NCBI GenBank assembly: GCA_033763905.1
Contig: JANRJP010000044.1
Location: 1-64,000, forward strand
From: Gemmatimonadaceae bacterium
Lineage (GTDB): Bacteria > Gemmatimonadota > Gemmatimonadetes > Gemmatimonadales > Gemmatimonadaceae
Length of the DNA: 64,000 bases
Direction: 5' to 3'
The notes beneath the pieces are model-generated. The model saw only the letters and a program-made list of their open reading frames with translations, was not told the origin of the DNA and made no database searches. The position numbers and the translations under genes were made by a program. This document shows positions 1 through 13,261 of the stretch, piece after piece (within the stretch, counting starts at the first letter, position 1; each line of letters begins with the position of its first letter).

Positions 1-42
1 CTTTTAAGTCTGACGTCAACGCGCTGAAATGACAGCGCTTTT

Positions 43-170
43 CCCCTCCCCCTTGTGGGGAGGGGCCAGGGGTGGGGGCGGTGCAGGATCGAACGTGACG
101 GTGCCGTCTGCACCACCCCCACGCGGGATCTGCGATCCCCAAACTCCTCCCCACAAGGGGGAGGAGAGAG
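43..170. repeat. REP-like inverted pair of GC-rich palindromes
   Basis: cctcccccttgtggggagg (45-63) is the exact reverse complement of cctccccacaagggggagg (146-164). Each unit is itself a hairpin, and the pair lies just downstream of the katG stop. Confidence 0.75.
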
Positions 171-182
171 AGCTGCCCGATC

Positions 183-3466
<3,284 letters not shown>

Positions 3467-3470
<4 letters not shown>

Positions 3471-4690
3471 TCGCCGGGGTACACCACCCAGAGAGCGGGA
3501 CGGCCGATGTTGCAGTGCACCATCCGCCCGAGCACACTGCCGGCCGCTAGCGCGCTGAGCAGCGTCAGTCGCGTCTGCTGATGTCCGCCGCCCAAGGGCG
3601 CCCAGCGCCCGGACTCGAGTCGACGACGGCGATTGCCCACCGAGGGCACCGGGTGGAAGACGATCTCCACCAACGGGTCGCGCTCGGGCTCGTCGTCCTG
3701 CGCCGCATCGAGCTGCGACAGGGCGGCTATCGTCGGCTCGCGCCCGACTTCGCGCGCGGCGTGCGCATCGGCGAAGAACACGGCCGCGCGCGACGCCGAC
3801 GGCAGCACCAGCACGGACACGAAGGACCAGAGCGTGCTCAGCGCCGGCAGCACCAGCCACAGGCGCGCGTCATCCCACGACCACGGCACGAGCGAGACCG
3901 TGAGCATCAGCCCCGTCGCCGGCCACAGGACCGCGCGCCACCACCCCCGACGGCGCGCCAGCGAGGTGAACTGCGCACGACGACGATGCCACTGCACCGT
4001 CAGCAGCGCGGCGTGTTGCGGCGTCGTCCACCACGACGGAATCCACAGCTCGCGCGCGCCAACGCCGATCCATCCGCCGACGAACGCGTCGTCATTCGCG
4101 TCGACCACGCGCACCGCATCGGGCCGAATGCCGACGGCGCGAGCCCGAGCCGCGAGATCGTCCGAGGGGCGACGCACCTGCAGCGCCGCGACGACCTGTG
4201 CGAGCGGCCCCTGTCCAGCGAGCAGGGCAAACGACAGCGCAGCGACCACCGCGCCGGCGGCGAACGTTCCGCCGATCGCGCCTGCCGTCACCACCAGCGA
4301 GACGGCGACGACGTGCAACGCGCCTAGCACCAGCACACCGCGCAGCCAGCCGCGCAGCCACGCCGCGAACCCCGGCGCGCGACGCACCGCCATTCGACCG
4401 CCCGCGTGTTCAATCCAGAACATCGCCGCGGCGTGCGCAACGAAGACGGCGGCCGCCAACACGGCGGCGGTGAGCGGTACGGCGAGCACGCCGGGCACCA
4501 CGCGCCAGGTGGCACCAAGCGGCAGCGTGCCGAGCAGTGTGGCGCCAATCAACGACAGCGATAGGACGACAGACGCGCCGACACCGGTGATGCCGAGGCG
4601 GAGCCGCTGTCGCGCCTGGGACGACGAACGCGGTGCGGGGATTTCGGACGACGCGACCGCGGGGGCAAGCGTCGCGAGAGAGCTGGGCAT
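3467..4690 (-). CDS. Membrane protein, M48 (Ste24/HtpX)-like but lacking HEXXH
   Basis: Several hydrophobic helices plus SRAAVFFADAHAA and FHPVPSVGNRR segments resembling the M48 C-terminus. Confidence 0.55.
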
Positions 4691-4825
4691 AGTGCGTCAG
4701 AAAACCCGAGCGCACGGCCTTCGTTCCCGCAAATTCTCGAGCGTTGCGTGTTCCGGAACACGGGTCCGGATGTCACGCGTTCTCGCCGGCCCTCCGCCGT
4801 GTGCGCGACGTGCGCACGACGCGCG

Positions 4826-5821
4826 CTATGGTTCCGCGCGATACTCCCGCGCACTCGGCGCGCGCGCCACCAGCCAATCCAAGGCGGCGGGCAGAATCGC
4901 CGGGACCATCAGCGTGTGCCCTTGGTCCGGCACGAGGCGATACTCGACGATGCGCCCCGCCACGCTGGCTGCTCGCGCGGCGGCTTCGACACGCGCGGGC
5001 GCCGCGAGCGGATCGAGCGCACCAGCCGCCGCGAAGAGCGGTGGTCGCACCGCCGAATCGCCGGCCGCCACCACGCCGCAGGGCCCCGCGAGGCACGCCA
5101 CGCCCGCGAGCATTGCCCCCCGCTGCCCAGTCAAGCGCCACGCGGTGCCGGCGCCGAGCGAGTGGCCAAGCAGCAACACGCGTCGACGGTCGATCGGCGT
5201 CTCCGCGGCCACCGCCTCGACGATGGCGTCGAGTGTCGCGTGATCGCGCATCGCCGTCGTCAGCGGTGTGACGACGACCAGATCGCGCGCATCGGCGAGC
5301 GGCACCAACGCGCCGGCGCCGTAGGACTCGAACCACATCCGCTCGTCCCCCCCGGCGCCGTGCAGGGCCACGAGCAACGCGCGCGGATGCGCCCGTCCAC
5401 TCGGGACTCGTACGCGATAGGGGATCTCGGCCCCCGTCGGCGTGCGGAGCGTGCGCCGATCGCTCGCCGCCCGTGCCAGCGCCCGATCGGCCGCGCGCGC
5501 GTACTCCGCACGACGCGCGCTGTCGGGTTCGACGACCGCGGCGAGTGAATCCAGCGTGCGTCGCGCCGCATCGGTGCGGCCGCCGAAGAAGGCCAACGTC
5601 GCCGCATCGAAGGCGCGCGAGAGCCCCGCGCGGGCCGCATCGGCGGGTGGATGGTCACGCAACGCGTACTCGAAGCCAAGGAGGAGCCGCGCCAGTTGGG
5701 TTCGGCTCGTCGTGTCGGCGGACGCGCCCGCTTGGGCCGGCAGCACCTCCGGCGGACACGCGGCGAGCGCGACCATCAGGACGATGCCGGAACGGGCGGC
5801 CATCGGCCGCAGGGACTGCAT
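4826..5821 (-). CDS. Exported alpha/beta hydrolase (esterase/phospholipase-like)
   Basis: Motifs LVALHGAGG, GHSLG, GALDP and QGH, with a signal-like N-terminus. Start uncertain (5821 or 5803). Confidence 0.75.
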   Translation of the reverse strand: MQSLRPMAARSGIVLMVALAACPPEVLPAQAGASADTTSRTQLARLLLGFEYALRDHPPADAARAGLSRAFDAATLAFFGGRTDAARRTLDSLAAVVEPDSARRAEYARAADRALARAASDRRTLRTPTGAEIPYRVRVPSGRAHPRALLVALHGAGGDERMWFESYGAGALVPLADARDLVVVTPLTTAMRDHATLDAIVEAVAAETPIDRRRVLLLGHSLGAGTAWRLTGQRGAMLAGVACLAGPCGVVAAGDSAVRPPLFAAAGALDPLAAPARVEAAARAASVAGRIVEYRLVPDQGHTLMVPAILPAALDWLVARAPSAREYRAEP

Positions 5822-5934
5822 CGCGACACGCACGAGCAACCTCGATTTCGGGATGGGAGCACATCGGCGCCGACACACTAGCGAACGCCGCGCGCGGGTG
5901 CCATCGTCACCGATCACGCGGACCCGCACACCAT

Positions 5935-7725
5935 ATGCAGAGCTCTCCCAAGTCGCAAACGCAGTACGACGTCATCGTGGTCGGCTCCGGGGCCGGCGGC
6001 GGAATGGCGGCGTACCAACTCGCGGTCGCCGGCCTCAAGGTGCTCGTGCTCGAGGCCGGCCGATCGTACGACCCCGTGCGCGAAACGCCGATGTTCAAGT
6101 GGCCGCGCGAGGCGCCGCTCCGCGGGGCGGGATCGCGCGAGAAGCCCTTCGGCTTCTATGACGCCACCGTCGACGGCGGCTGGGAAGTGCCGGGTGAGCC
6201 CTACACCAAGGCGCCCGGCACCGAGTTCCTCTGGTGGCGCGCGCGAATGCTGGGCGGGCGCACCAACCACTGGGGCCGGATCTCGCTCCGAATGGGCGAG
6301 TACGACTTCAAGCCGAAGACGCGAGACGGCCTCGGCGAAGACTGGCCGCTGACGTATCAGGAACTGGCACCATACTACGACAAGACGGAAATGCTCATCG
6401 GCGTCTACGGCGGCGATGATGACTTGGAGAACACGCCGCGCTCCTCGCCCGGCGTGTTGCAGCCGCCGCCGGCGCCGCGTGCCGTGGAGTTGCTGGCCAA
6501 GAAGCACGCAGCGCCGATGGGCATTCCCGTGATTCCCGCGCACCTGGCGATTATGACCCAGCGCCAGGACGCGGATCGGTTGCCCAAGATTCTGCATCCC
6601 GGGAACCCGCTCGCGCAGCGCGTGCTTCGGCAGTCGATGCTGCAGCGGCTGGCTTGCTTCTACGCAACGCCCTGCGGCAGCGGCTGCTCGATCAAGGCGA
6701 ACTTCCAGTCCACCACGGTGCTGCTGCCGCCCGCCTTGGCTACCGGCAACGTCGATATCGTCCCCGACGCGATGGTGCGTGAAGTCACCCTCGGCCGCGA
6801 CGGGCTCGCGACCGGGGTGCACTACATCGACAAGCGTACGCGGCAGGACCGCCACGTGCGCGCCCGCATCGTGGTGCTGGCCGCCAGCGCCGCTGAGACC
6901 GCGCGCATTCTGCTCAACTCCAAGAGCCGTCTCGCGCCGAACGGCGTCAGCAATTCCAGCGGGTTGGTCGGCAAGTATCTGATGGACACCGTCGGCGCGG
7001 GCATTGGCGGGCAGATCCCCGCACTCGAAGGCCTGCCGCCGTACAACAACGACGGTGCCTCGGGGATGCATATGTACATCCCGTGGTGGCTCTACAAGGA
7101 ACAGTTGGCTGGCAAGCTCGACTTCGCGCGGGGGTATCACGTCGAATTCGGTGGCGGCCGCGGAATGCCGGGGAACGGCAGCTTCAACTTCCTCGAGGGC
7201 ATTACCGAAGGCGCCTACGGCGCCAAGTACAAGGAAGCCGCGCGTCGCTACTACGGGTCCTACGTCTGGTTCGACGGCCGCGGCGAAATGATTCCGAACG
7301 AGGACTCCTTCTGCGAGATCGATCCCGAGGTCGTCGACCAGTGGGGGATTCCGGTGTTGCGCTTCCATTGGAAGTGGTCGGACCACGAGCTCAAGCAGGC
7401 CGTGCATATGCAGAAGACCTTCGCCGAGATCATCGTGGCGATGGGCGGCAAGGTGAACGGCACGCCGGCGACCGACGGCAACAAGGCCATCGCCAAGGGC
7501 GGGCAGATCATTCACGAAGTCGGCACGTGCCGGATGGGCAATGATCCGCGCCGCTCGGTGGTGAATGCGCACTGCCAATCCTGGGACGTGAAGAACCTGT
7601 TCATCACCGACGGCGCGCCGTTCGTGTCGAATGCCGACAAGAACCCGACGCTGTCCATTTTGGCGCTCGCGTGGCGGACCACCGACCACATTCTCGATCA
7701 ACTCTCGAAGCGGGAGATCGGCTGA
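5935..7725 (+). CDS. GMC-family FAD oxidoreductase (glycoside/sugar dehydrogenase large subunit)
   Basis: Motifs YDVIVVGSGAGGG, LGGRTNHWG, Cys cluster CFYATPCGSGC, HEVGTCRMG and KNPTL. Confidence 0.9.
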   Translation: MQSSPKSQTQYDVIVVGSGAGGGMAAYQLAVAGLKVLVLEAGRSYDPVRETPMFKWPREAPLRGAGSREKPFGFYDATVDGGWEVPGEPYTKAPGTEFLWWRARMLGGRTNHWGRISLRMGEYDFKPKTRDGLGEDWPLTYQELAPYYDKTEMLIGVYGGDDDLENTPRSSPGVLQPPPAPRAVELLAKKHAAPMGIPVIPAHLAIMTQRQDADRLPKILHPGNPLAQRVLRQSMLQRLACFYATPCGSGCSIKANFQSTTVLLPPALATGNVDIVPDAMVREVTLGRDGLATGVHYIDKRTRQDRHVRARIVVLAASAAETARILLNSKSRLAPNGVSNSSGLVGKYLMDTVGAGIGGQIPALEGLPPYNNDGASGMHMYIPWWLYKEQLAGKLDFARGYHVEFGGGRGMPGNGSFNFLEGITEGAYGAKYKEAARRYYGSYVWFDGRGEMIPNEDSFCEIDPEVVDQWGIPVLRFHWKWSDHELKQAVHMQKTFAEIIVAMGGKVNGTPATDGNKAIAKGGQIIHEVGTCRMGNDPRRSVVNAHCQSWDVKNLFITDGAPFVSNADKNPTLSILALAWRTTDHILDQLSKREIG

Positions 7726-8405
7726 TGGCCACCGACGACATCAAGCGGCGCGACGCGCTCAAGACCATGGCGGCGGCGGCCTCGCTCCCGATTCTGGCGT
7801 CGCTGCCCACGGTCGAGGCCGACGCACAGCAGCCCGGCAAGGCCGCGCCGTCCCCCGCGGCGGCAATGGGCCCTGCGCCGGCGTCGCGCGGGCCGCGAGG
7901 CGATGCGTGGGACCCGGACCTGATCAATCCGAAGAAGGACTGGCCCCGCAAGCTCACGACGGCCGAGCTGACGACGCTGGCGGCACTGGCCGACGTCATC
8001 ATTCCCGCCGACGACAAGTCGCCGAGTGCCTCGGCGGTCGGCGCGCACCACTACATCAACGAACACGTCAGCGCGCCGCTCGAGAGCCACGGACGCGACT
8101 TGGTGGTCGTGCGTGGTGGCGTGAGTTGGCTCAACCTCGAGAGTGATCGCCGCTTCGGCCGCCCGTTCACCGGCCTCACGCTCGATCAGAAGACCGCCAT
8201 CTGCGACGACATCTGTTACCTGCCCAAGGCCAAGCCGGAGTTCAAGGCGGGCGCGCGGTTCTTCTCACTGGTACGCAATCTCGTTGGGACGGCGTTCTAC
8301 ACGACTGATGCGGGAATGAAGGACATCGGCTACGTGGGCAACGTGCCGCTCGACAAGTGGGAGTTGCCGCCGCCCGAGGTGATGAAGCGGCTGGGGCTGG
8401 CGTAG
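7725..8405 (+). CDS. Gluconate 2-dehydrogenase subunit 3 family Tat escort subunit
   Basis: Twin-arginine-like KRRDALK, ADVIIP, FYTT and IGYVGN. TGATG overlap with the GMC gene. Confidence 0.85.
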   Translation: MATDDIKRRDALKTMAAAASLPILASLPTVEADAQQPGKAAPSPAAAMGPAPASRGPRGDAWDPDLINPKKDWPRKLTTAELTTLAALADVIIPADDKSPSASAVGAHHYINEHVSAPLESHGRDLVVVRGGVSWLNLESDRRFGRPFTGLTLDQKTAICDDICYLPKAKPEFKAGARFFSLVRNLVGTAFYTTDAGMKDIGYVGNVPLDKWELPPPEVMKRLGLA

Positions 8406-8479
8406 ACCGAGCAGCCGGACAGCGCAGGACCGTCCGGCTGCTGGAACCTGCGGGATCGCCCCACCGTACGAGGGAGCCA

Positions 8480-9727
8480 ATGCTCCCGCCCTCGCTTTCC
8501 GCCGCTGCCGTCGGCCTCGGCGCGCTCCGCGAAAACCCGCTGCGCACGCTGCTGTCCACGCTGGGCGTGATCATTGGGGTCGCCGCGCTTGTCGCGGTGC
8601 TGTCGCTTGGTGACGCGATGCAGGCCTTCGTGCGCAGCGAGATCGATCGTGTGACCGATGTCCAGTCGGTGACGATCGAGCCCCGGACGTGGCGACTCGT
8701 TGATGGAGAGTGGGAGCCGGTGCGGAACCCCTTGGTGCTGACACGCACCGACCTGTCGTCGCTGAAGGCCGAGACACCCTCGTCGCGGGCCGCCGTGATG
8801 AGCCGCGGCGGCTCGGCCCGCGTGAGCTGGCCGAGAACCGGCAAGGCACGTCGCGCGAGCATTTCTGCCGTCACGGAAGACATCGCCATCACCGACCGCC
8901 GGCCCCTGGCGGCAGGCCGCTCCTTCACCCCCCGCGAAGCGCTCGCAAATGCGCCGGTCGTCGTGCTATCGTGGCGCCTCGCCGAGGAACTCGCGGACGG
9001 GCGATCCGCCACGTCATTGATCGGCGAAGAGGTGCGCGTCGGGACCCTGCCGCGCGAAGTCATCGGGGTCTTCGCGTCCCGCAAAGGCGAACGCGGGTAC
9101 ACGGCGCGCATCCCGTACGCCGGTGCCGCGGTGACGCTGGGGAATGCCGCCGTCTCCGGCGCGCCATCGGTGGCGCTCAAAGCGCACTCGGTCGATGCGG
9201 TGTCGACCTTGGCGACGGAGATTCAGGATTGGCTGGCCATCCGTTTCCAGCGTTGGGAAGACCGCGTCGAGATCGTCGTCGCCGAGGACGAACTCGCCGA
9301 GATCGCGCGAGGCTTTTTCATTATGAAGCTCTTTCTCGGGCTCTTGGCCGGCATCTCGATGCTCGTCGGCGGCATCGGCATTATGAACATCATGCTCGCC
9401 AGCGTCACGGAGCGCACGCGCGAGATCGGCATTCGCAAAGCCATCGGCGCGAACGAACGGGACATTCGCGTGCAGTTCCTGACCGAAGCCGTCGCAATCT
9501 CCGCGGTCGGAAGCGGACTCGGCGTCGTGCTGGGCCTGGCGATTGCCGCGTCGGCCGTCGGCGTGATGCATCTGCTCGTCGACGCCGAAGGTCTTCGCGT
9601 CGTGATCTCGCCCTGGACGCTAGTGATGTCGGCAACGATTGCCGTGGTGATCGGGCTGGTCTTCGGTACCTACCCGGCCCGACGAGCGTCACGCCTCAGT
9701 CCGATCGACGCGATTCGTCACGAGTGA
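8480..9727 (+). CDS. MacB/FtsX-type ABC transporter permease
   Basis: Motifs NPLRTLLSTLGVIIG, GGIGIMNIMLASVTERTREIGIRKAIGA and YPARRASRLSPIDAIRHE. Confidence 0.92.
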   Translation: MLPPSLSAAAVGLGALRENPLRTLLSTLGVIIGVAALVAVLSLGDAMQAFVRSEIDRVTDVQSVTIEPRTWRLVDGEWEPVRNPLVLTRTDLSSLKAETPSSRAAVMSRGGSARVSWPRTGKARRASISAVTEDIAITDRRPLAAGRSFTPREALANAPVVVLSWRLAEELADGRSATSLIGEEVRVGTLPREVIGVFASRKGERGYTARIPYAGAAVTLGNAAVSGAPSVALKAHSVDAVSTLATEIQDWLAIRFQRWEDRVEIVVAEDELAEIARGFFIMKLFLGLLAGISMLVGGIGIMNIMLASVTERTREIGIRKAIGANERDIRVQFLTEAVAISAVGSGLGVVLGLAIAASAVGVMHLLVDAEGLRVVISPWTLVMSATIAVVIGLVFGTYPARRASRLSPIDAIRHE

Positions 9728-10706
9728 CGGTCCGCGCGCGCGGCGGCGAGTCCTGCAACTCCACGGTGGCCTGTCGCGTCCGGTCCACCACAAGCCGGGT
9801 GACATCCGGACGGCTATAGTGGCCTGCCGCATCGAAGTTCTGCCGCTCCTCGCGCACCCGCCGATGCTCGATCGTCGCGAGGAGCAGCGCCTCACTGCCT
9901 TCCATCGGCTCGACCACCCAGGCCGCATCGGGGCCAGCCAGGCACGTCCCGCCGTTGGCCATCACGGCGTCGGACGTGGACCGCAACAGGTCGACGTGCG
10001 GGAGGTGGTCAGGAACATCGACGTCCCGCATCAGGCCGCTCACCGACAGCACATAGGACCGGCCCTCGCGCGCGAGGAAGCGCGTGATCTCCGCCGTATT
10101 GCGCGTCGACCCGGGCCAAAGCGCGATGTGCAGATCCTCGCCCATCCCGTAGAGCGCGGCTCGCGGCAGCGGCATCCAGTTCTCCCAGCAATTGAGCGCG
10201 CCGACGGTGAAGGGGCCGAGCGGATACGTCCGAAGGCCGTGACCGTCACCAGCGCCCCAGACCAATCGCTCTTCGTACGTCGGGACCAACTTGCGATGCG
10301 GCGGCTGAATCGTTCCGTCGGGCGTGATCACGATCGCCGAGGCGTAGCCGCTGTGCCCGCCGCGGTCGCGCGGTCGCTCGTAACAGCCGAGCACCACGGC
10401 GCAGTGCAGGTCGGCCGCCGCCGTGGCGAGGCGGTCCAGATGCCCTGCCTCGAGCTGGACCGCCTGATCCAGATAGTGCGCGTGCAGCGCCTTCTGCCGT
10501 GCAGACTCGAACCGGGCACCATCGGTGCGTTCGAGCCAGAACGGATAGCCCGGTACCAGACACTCCCCGAATGCCACGAGCTCGGCACCGCGACTCGCCG
10601 CGCGCTGGACCCAGTCCAGCACCTTGTCGAGTGTGCGGTCACGATCGAGCCAGATTGGCGCGATCTGTGCGCCTGCGACGGTCAGGTGGTCGTGGTGAGC
10701 CATCAT
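9696..10706 (-). CDS. Nitrilase (carbon-nitrogen hydrolase)
   Basis: Glu-Lys-Cys triad motifs GECLVPGYP, HRKLVPTYEERLVWG and LNCWENWMPL, plus GHYSRPDV. Confidence 0.92.
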   Translation of the reverse strand: MMAHHDHLTVAGAQIAPIWLDRDRTLDKVLDWVQRAASRGAELVAFGECLVPGYPFWLERTDGARFESARQKALHAHYLDQAVQLEAGHLDRLATAAADLHCAVVLGCYERPRDRGGHSGYASAIVITPDGTIQPPHRKLVPTYEERLVWGAGDGHGLRTYPLGPFTVGALNCWENWMPLPRAALYGMGEDLHIALWPGSTRNTAEITRFLAREGRSYVLSVSGLMRDVDVPDHLPHVDLLRSTSDAVMANGGTCLAGPDAAWVVEPMEGSEALLLATIEHRRVREERQNFDAAGHYSRPDVTRLVVDRTRQATVELQDSPPRARTVTRDESRRSD

Positions 10707-10788
10707 GACAGGATGCGGCGGCGCCGTCGATCGCGCCAGCGGTAACGGCCGCTTCAGTCCCGCGAGGTGCGCGGCCGATACTCGCGGT

Positions 10789-11508
10789 ATGCGGCCCGTA
10801 ATCGCTCATCGACTCGCTCCGACAGCGCACCGGTTGCCGATGCTCGTACTCGCCCTTGGCGCCTCGTGCGCCACGCCCACGGCCTCGGCGCCCGCTGAAG
10901 CATTTCGCGTGCCGACGTGGGCGGAGCCGTCGATCGCCACGATCGAAGTCGATCTCGTCGAGCGCTCCGCCACCGTACTGCACCACGGCGTCGGCTTGGG
11001 CCTTGGCGCACCACCGGTGTCGCTGCACGCGGGCGTCGTTGCGGTGGGCCAGGTCGGGGTCGATGCCCCGCCGGGAATGCGTCGCGTAGCCTTTGCTGTG
11101 CACATCGCCACGCCTGATGGAGGCTTCGCGTTGGCACCGACATCGATCTTGCCGATGCCTGCTGGACAGCGTGGTGTCTTGCTCATTGCCGAGCGTGCAG
11201 AGGCCGTACCGCTGCCGGCGCGCGTGTCAACCAGCAACGGCAACTCGCTCGTGGTGGAGCTCGCCAGCGATGGCCCAGTGGCGCCGAACGGCGAGTTCAA
11301 CGGCGACGGATCATCCGGCGGCGGTAGCCCGTTCGCGTTCTTCTCGAATCGCCGTTGCCGACGGGAGATCACGGCCGATGGCTGCCTGCGGTACGAGACC
11401 TTCCCTGCGAGCGGCGCCGTGTCCCAGACCGTGGGCTTCGACGCCGCCGCGTCCGTGCGTCGCTTTCGGGCTCGCCTTCTGATCGCCGCTGACGGCGTCC
11501 CGCGGTAG
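10789..11508 (+). CDS. Hypothetical protein, possible lipoprotein
   Basis: LVLALGASC lipobox-like segment followed by a beta-rich sequence. Start uncertain. Confidence 0.5.
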   Translation: MRPVIAHRLAPTAHRLPMLVLALGASCATPTASAPAEAFRVPTWAEPSIATIEVDLVERSATVLHHGVGLGLGAPPVSLHAGVVAVGQVGVDAPPGMRRVAFAVHIATPDGGFALAPTSILPMPAGQRGVLLIAERAEAVPLPARVSTSNGNSLVVELASDGPVAPNGEFNGDGSSGGGSPFAFFSNRRCRREITADGCLRYETFPASGAVSQTVGFDAAASVRRFRARLLIAADGVPR

Positions 11509-11673
11509 CGGCACCGCTGGCCGAGAGCACCGGCCGCAGACGGCGATCGACTCGACAGGACTCTGCTGACAAAGGTTCAGGGTTCCCCGCTCCCTCGCGT
11601 CGGCCGCATCACGCCATTGTAACGAGCCCTCGTGCGTCGGTCGGTGCACGAGTCCTTGTGACTGGGCCTTCCG

Positions 11674-13143
11674 ATGGCGATCGCGATCGACCGGGATGCG
11701 TTCTCCCCGGCAGAGTACGAGCAGTTCTCGGCGGTGCTCACCCAGCAGCTCGAGCAGTTGGGGCAGGTGCTCGCCACACCAGGCTTTGGCGAGGGGCCGG
11801 TCACGCTGGGCGCCGAACTCGAGATGCCGTTGATCGGCCCACGCGGCGAAGCCCGTCCCGTCAACGTCGATGTCCTCGCGCGGCTCAACGACCCGCGCGC
11901 CACGGTCGAGATCGCACGCTTCAATCTCGAGCTGAACCTCACCCCCGTGCCTGCCGCCGGTCGACCGTTTCGCGCGATCGGCGCGGAGATCGACGCACTG
12001 CTCGACGGCATCCACCGCGCCGGCGCCGCGCTGGACGCCCGCCCGATGCCTGTCGGCATTCTGCCCAGCCTGACGCGCGCCGACGTTGGCGCCGGTTCGC
12101 TGACCGGCAAGCCGAGATACCTGGCCCTCGAGCGGGCAATTCTATCGCAACGATCCGGGCCGGCGCGCATTCATATCGATGGCGCCGAACCGCTGCAGAC
12201 GACCCACGACAGCGTCACGTTCGAAGGCGCGAATACCTCGTTTCAGCTGCACCTGCGCGTGTCGGCGGCCCAATACGCCGACACCTACAACGCCGCGCAG
12301 ATCGTGACGCCGATTGCGGTCGCCTTGGCGGGCAATTCGCCGATCTTCCTCGACCATCTGCTCTGGGACGAGACGCGCATCGCGCTCTTCAAGCAGAGTA
12401 TGGAGCACCGCAGTGCCGAGGAGTTGGCGTGGCACCGCCCGTCGCGCGTGTCCTTCGGGTCAGGCTGGGTGCGACGCGGCGCATTGGAGCTCTTCGCCGA
12501 GTCGGTCCGGATGCATCCGCCGATTTTCCCGGTGTGCGCGTCGGCGCCGGACGCGCACAGCCCGCCGCATTTGCCCGAGCTGCGCCTCCATCAGGGCACG
12601 GTGTGGCGCTGGAACCGTGCGGTGTACGATCCCGACGCCGGTGGACATCTGCGCATCGAGTTTCGCGCCCTGCCGTCGGGACCGACGACGCGCGATATGC
12701 TCGCCAACGCCGCCTTTCTCGTGGGCGCCACCGTCGGGCTGCGGGACGAGATCGACCACATCCTGCAGGGTTGCCCCTTCTTGATGGCGGACACGAGCTT
12801 CTATCGTGCCGCGCGGGACGGCCTGGGCGCGACCTTGCTCTGGCCCAGCCGCACCGGGCTCTCGCCCCGCGAGCGGACGATCCCCGACTTGGTGCACGCG
12901 CTCCTGCCCGTCGCCGACGCCGGACTCACCTCGCTGGGCGTGGACGCTGGCGAGCGCGCCGAGCATCTGGGCGTGATCGCCGACCGACTGGCGCGAGGAC
13001 AAACCGGCGCCCGTTGGCAGCGCGGGGCCTTGGACGTGCTGCGGCGCCGATGCACGCGGGCGGAAGCCCCGAGGCAACTGGTGCTTGCCTACGCCGAGCG
13101 GGCCGCGAGCGGCGCCCCGGTGCACGAGTGGCCGTCACTCTAG
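11674..13143 (+). CDS. Glutamate-cysteine ligase family 2 (GCS2-like) carboxylate-amine ligase
   Basis: Motifs LGAELE, ARFNLELN, TSFQLHL, GNSP, HQGTVWRWNRAVY and HLRIEFRALPSGPT. Confidence 0.85.
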   Translation: MAIAIDRDAFSPAEYEQFSAVLTQQLEQLGQVLATPGFGEGPVTLGAELEMPLIGPRGEARPVNVDVLARLNDPRATVEIARFNLELNLTPVPAAGRPFRAIGAEIDALLDGIHRAGAALDARPMPVGILPSLTRADVGAGSLTGKPRYLALERAILSQRSGPARIHIDGAEPLQTTHDSVTFEGANTSFQLHLRVSAAQYADTYNAAQIVTPIAVALAGNSPIFLDHLLWDETRIALFKQSMEHRSAEELAWHRPSRVSFGSGWVRRGALELFAESVRMHPPIFPVCASAPDAHSPPHLPELRLHQGTVWRWNRAVYDPDAGGHLRIEFRALPSGPTTRDMLANAAFLVGATVGLRDEIDHILQGCPFLMADTSFYRAARDGLGATLLWPSRTGLSPRERTIPDLVHALLPVADAGLTSLGVDAGERAEHLGVIADRLARGQTGARWQRGALDVLRRRCTRAEAPRQLVLAYAERAASGAPVHEWPSL

Positions 13144-13261
13144 GCGGTCACCGTCGAGCCGTACGGCGCTCGCTGGCCTTCCGTCGTCTGGGGGAGCATC
13201 TTGCGACAGACGCGGGGCGGGTATCCCCGCCCCCCCTTCATTCCGACCGCCGACCGCCCCG

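Noticed and set aside
8480..9727. Orphan MacB-type permease as a novel system
   Set aside because: Stand-alone permease paralogues that share a distant ATPase are common, and nothing else here is unusual.
11629..11652. Hairpin ctcgtgc...gcacgag upstream of the ligase cluster as a possible riboswitch
   Set aside because: Only a 7-bp stem with no recognisable aptamer motif. A covariance-model search would be needed.
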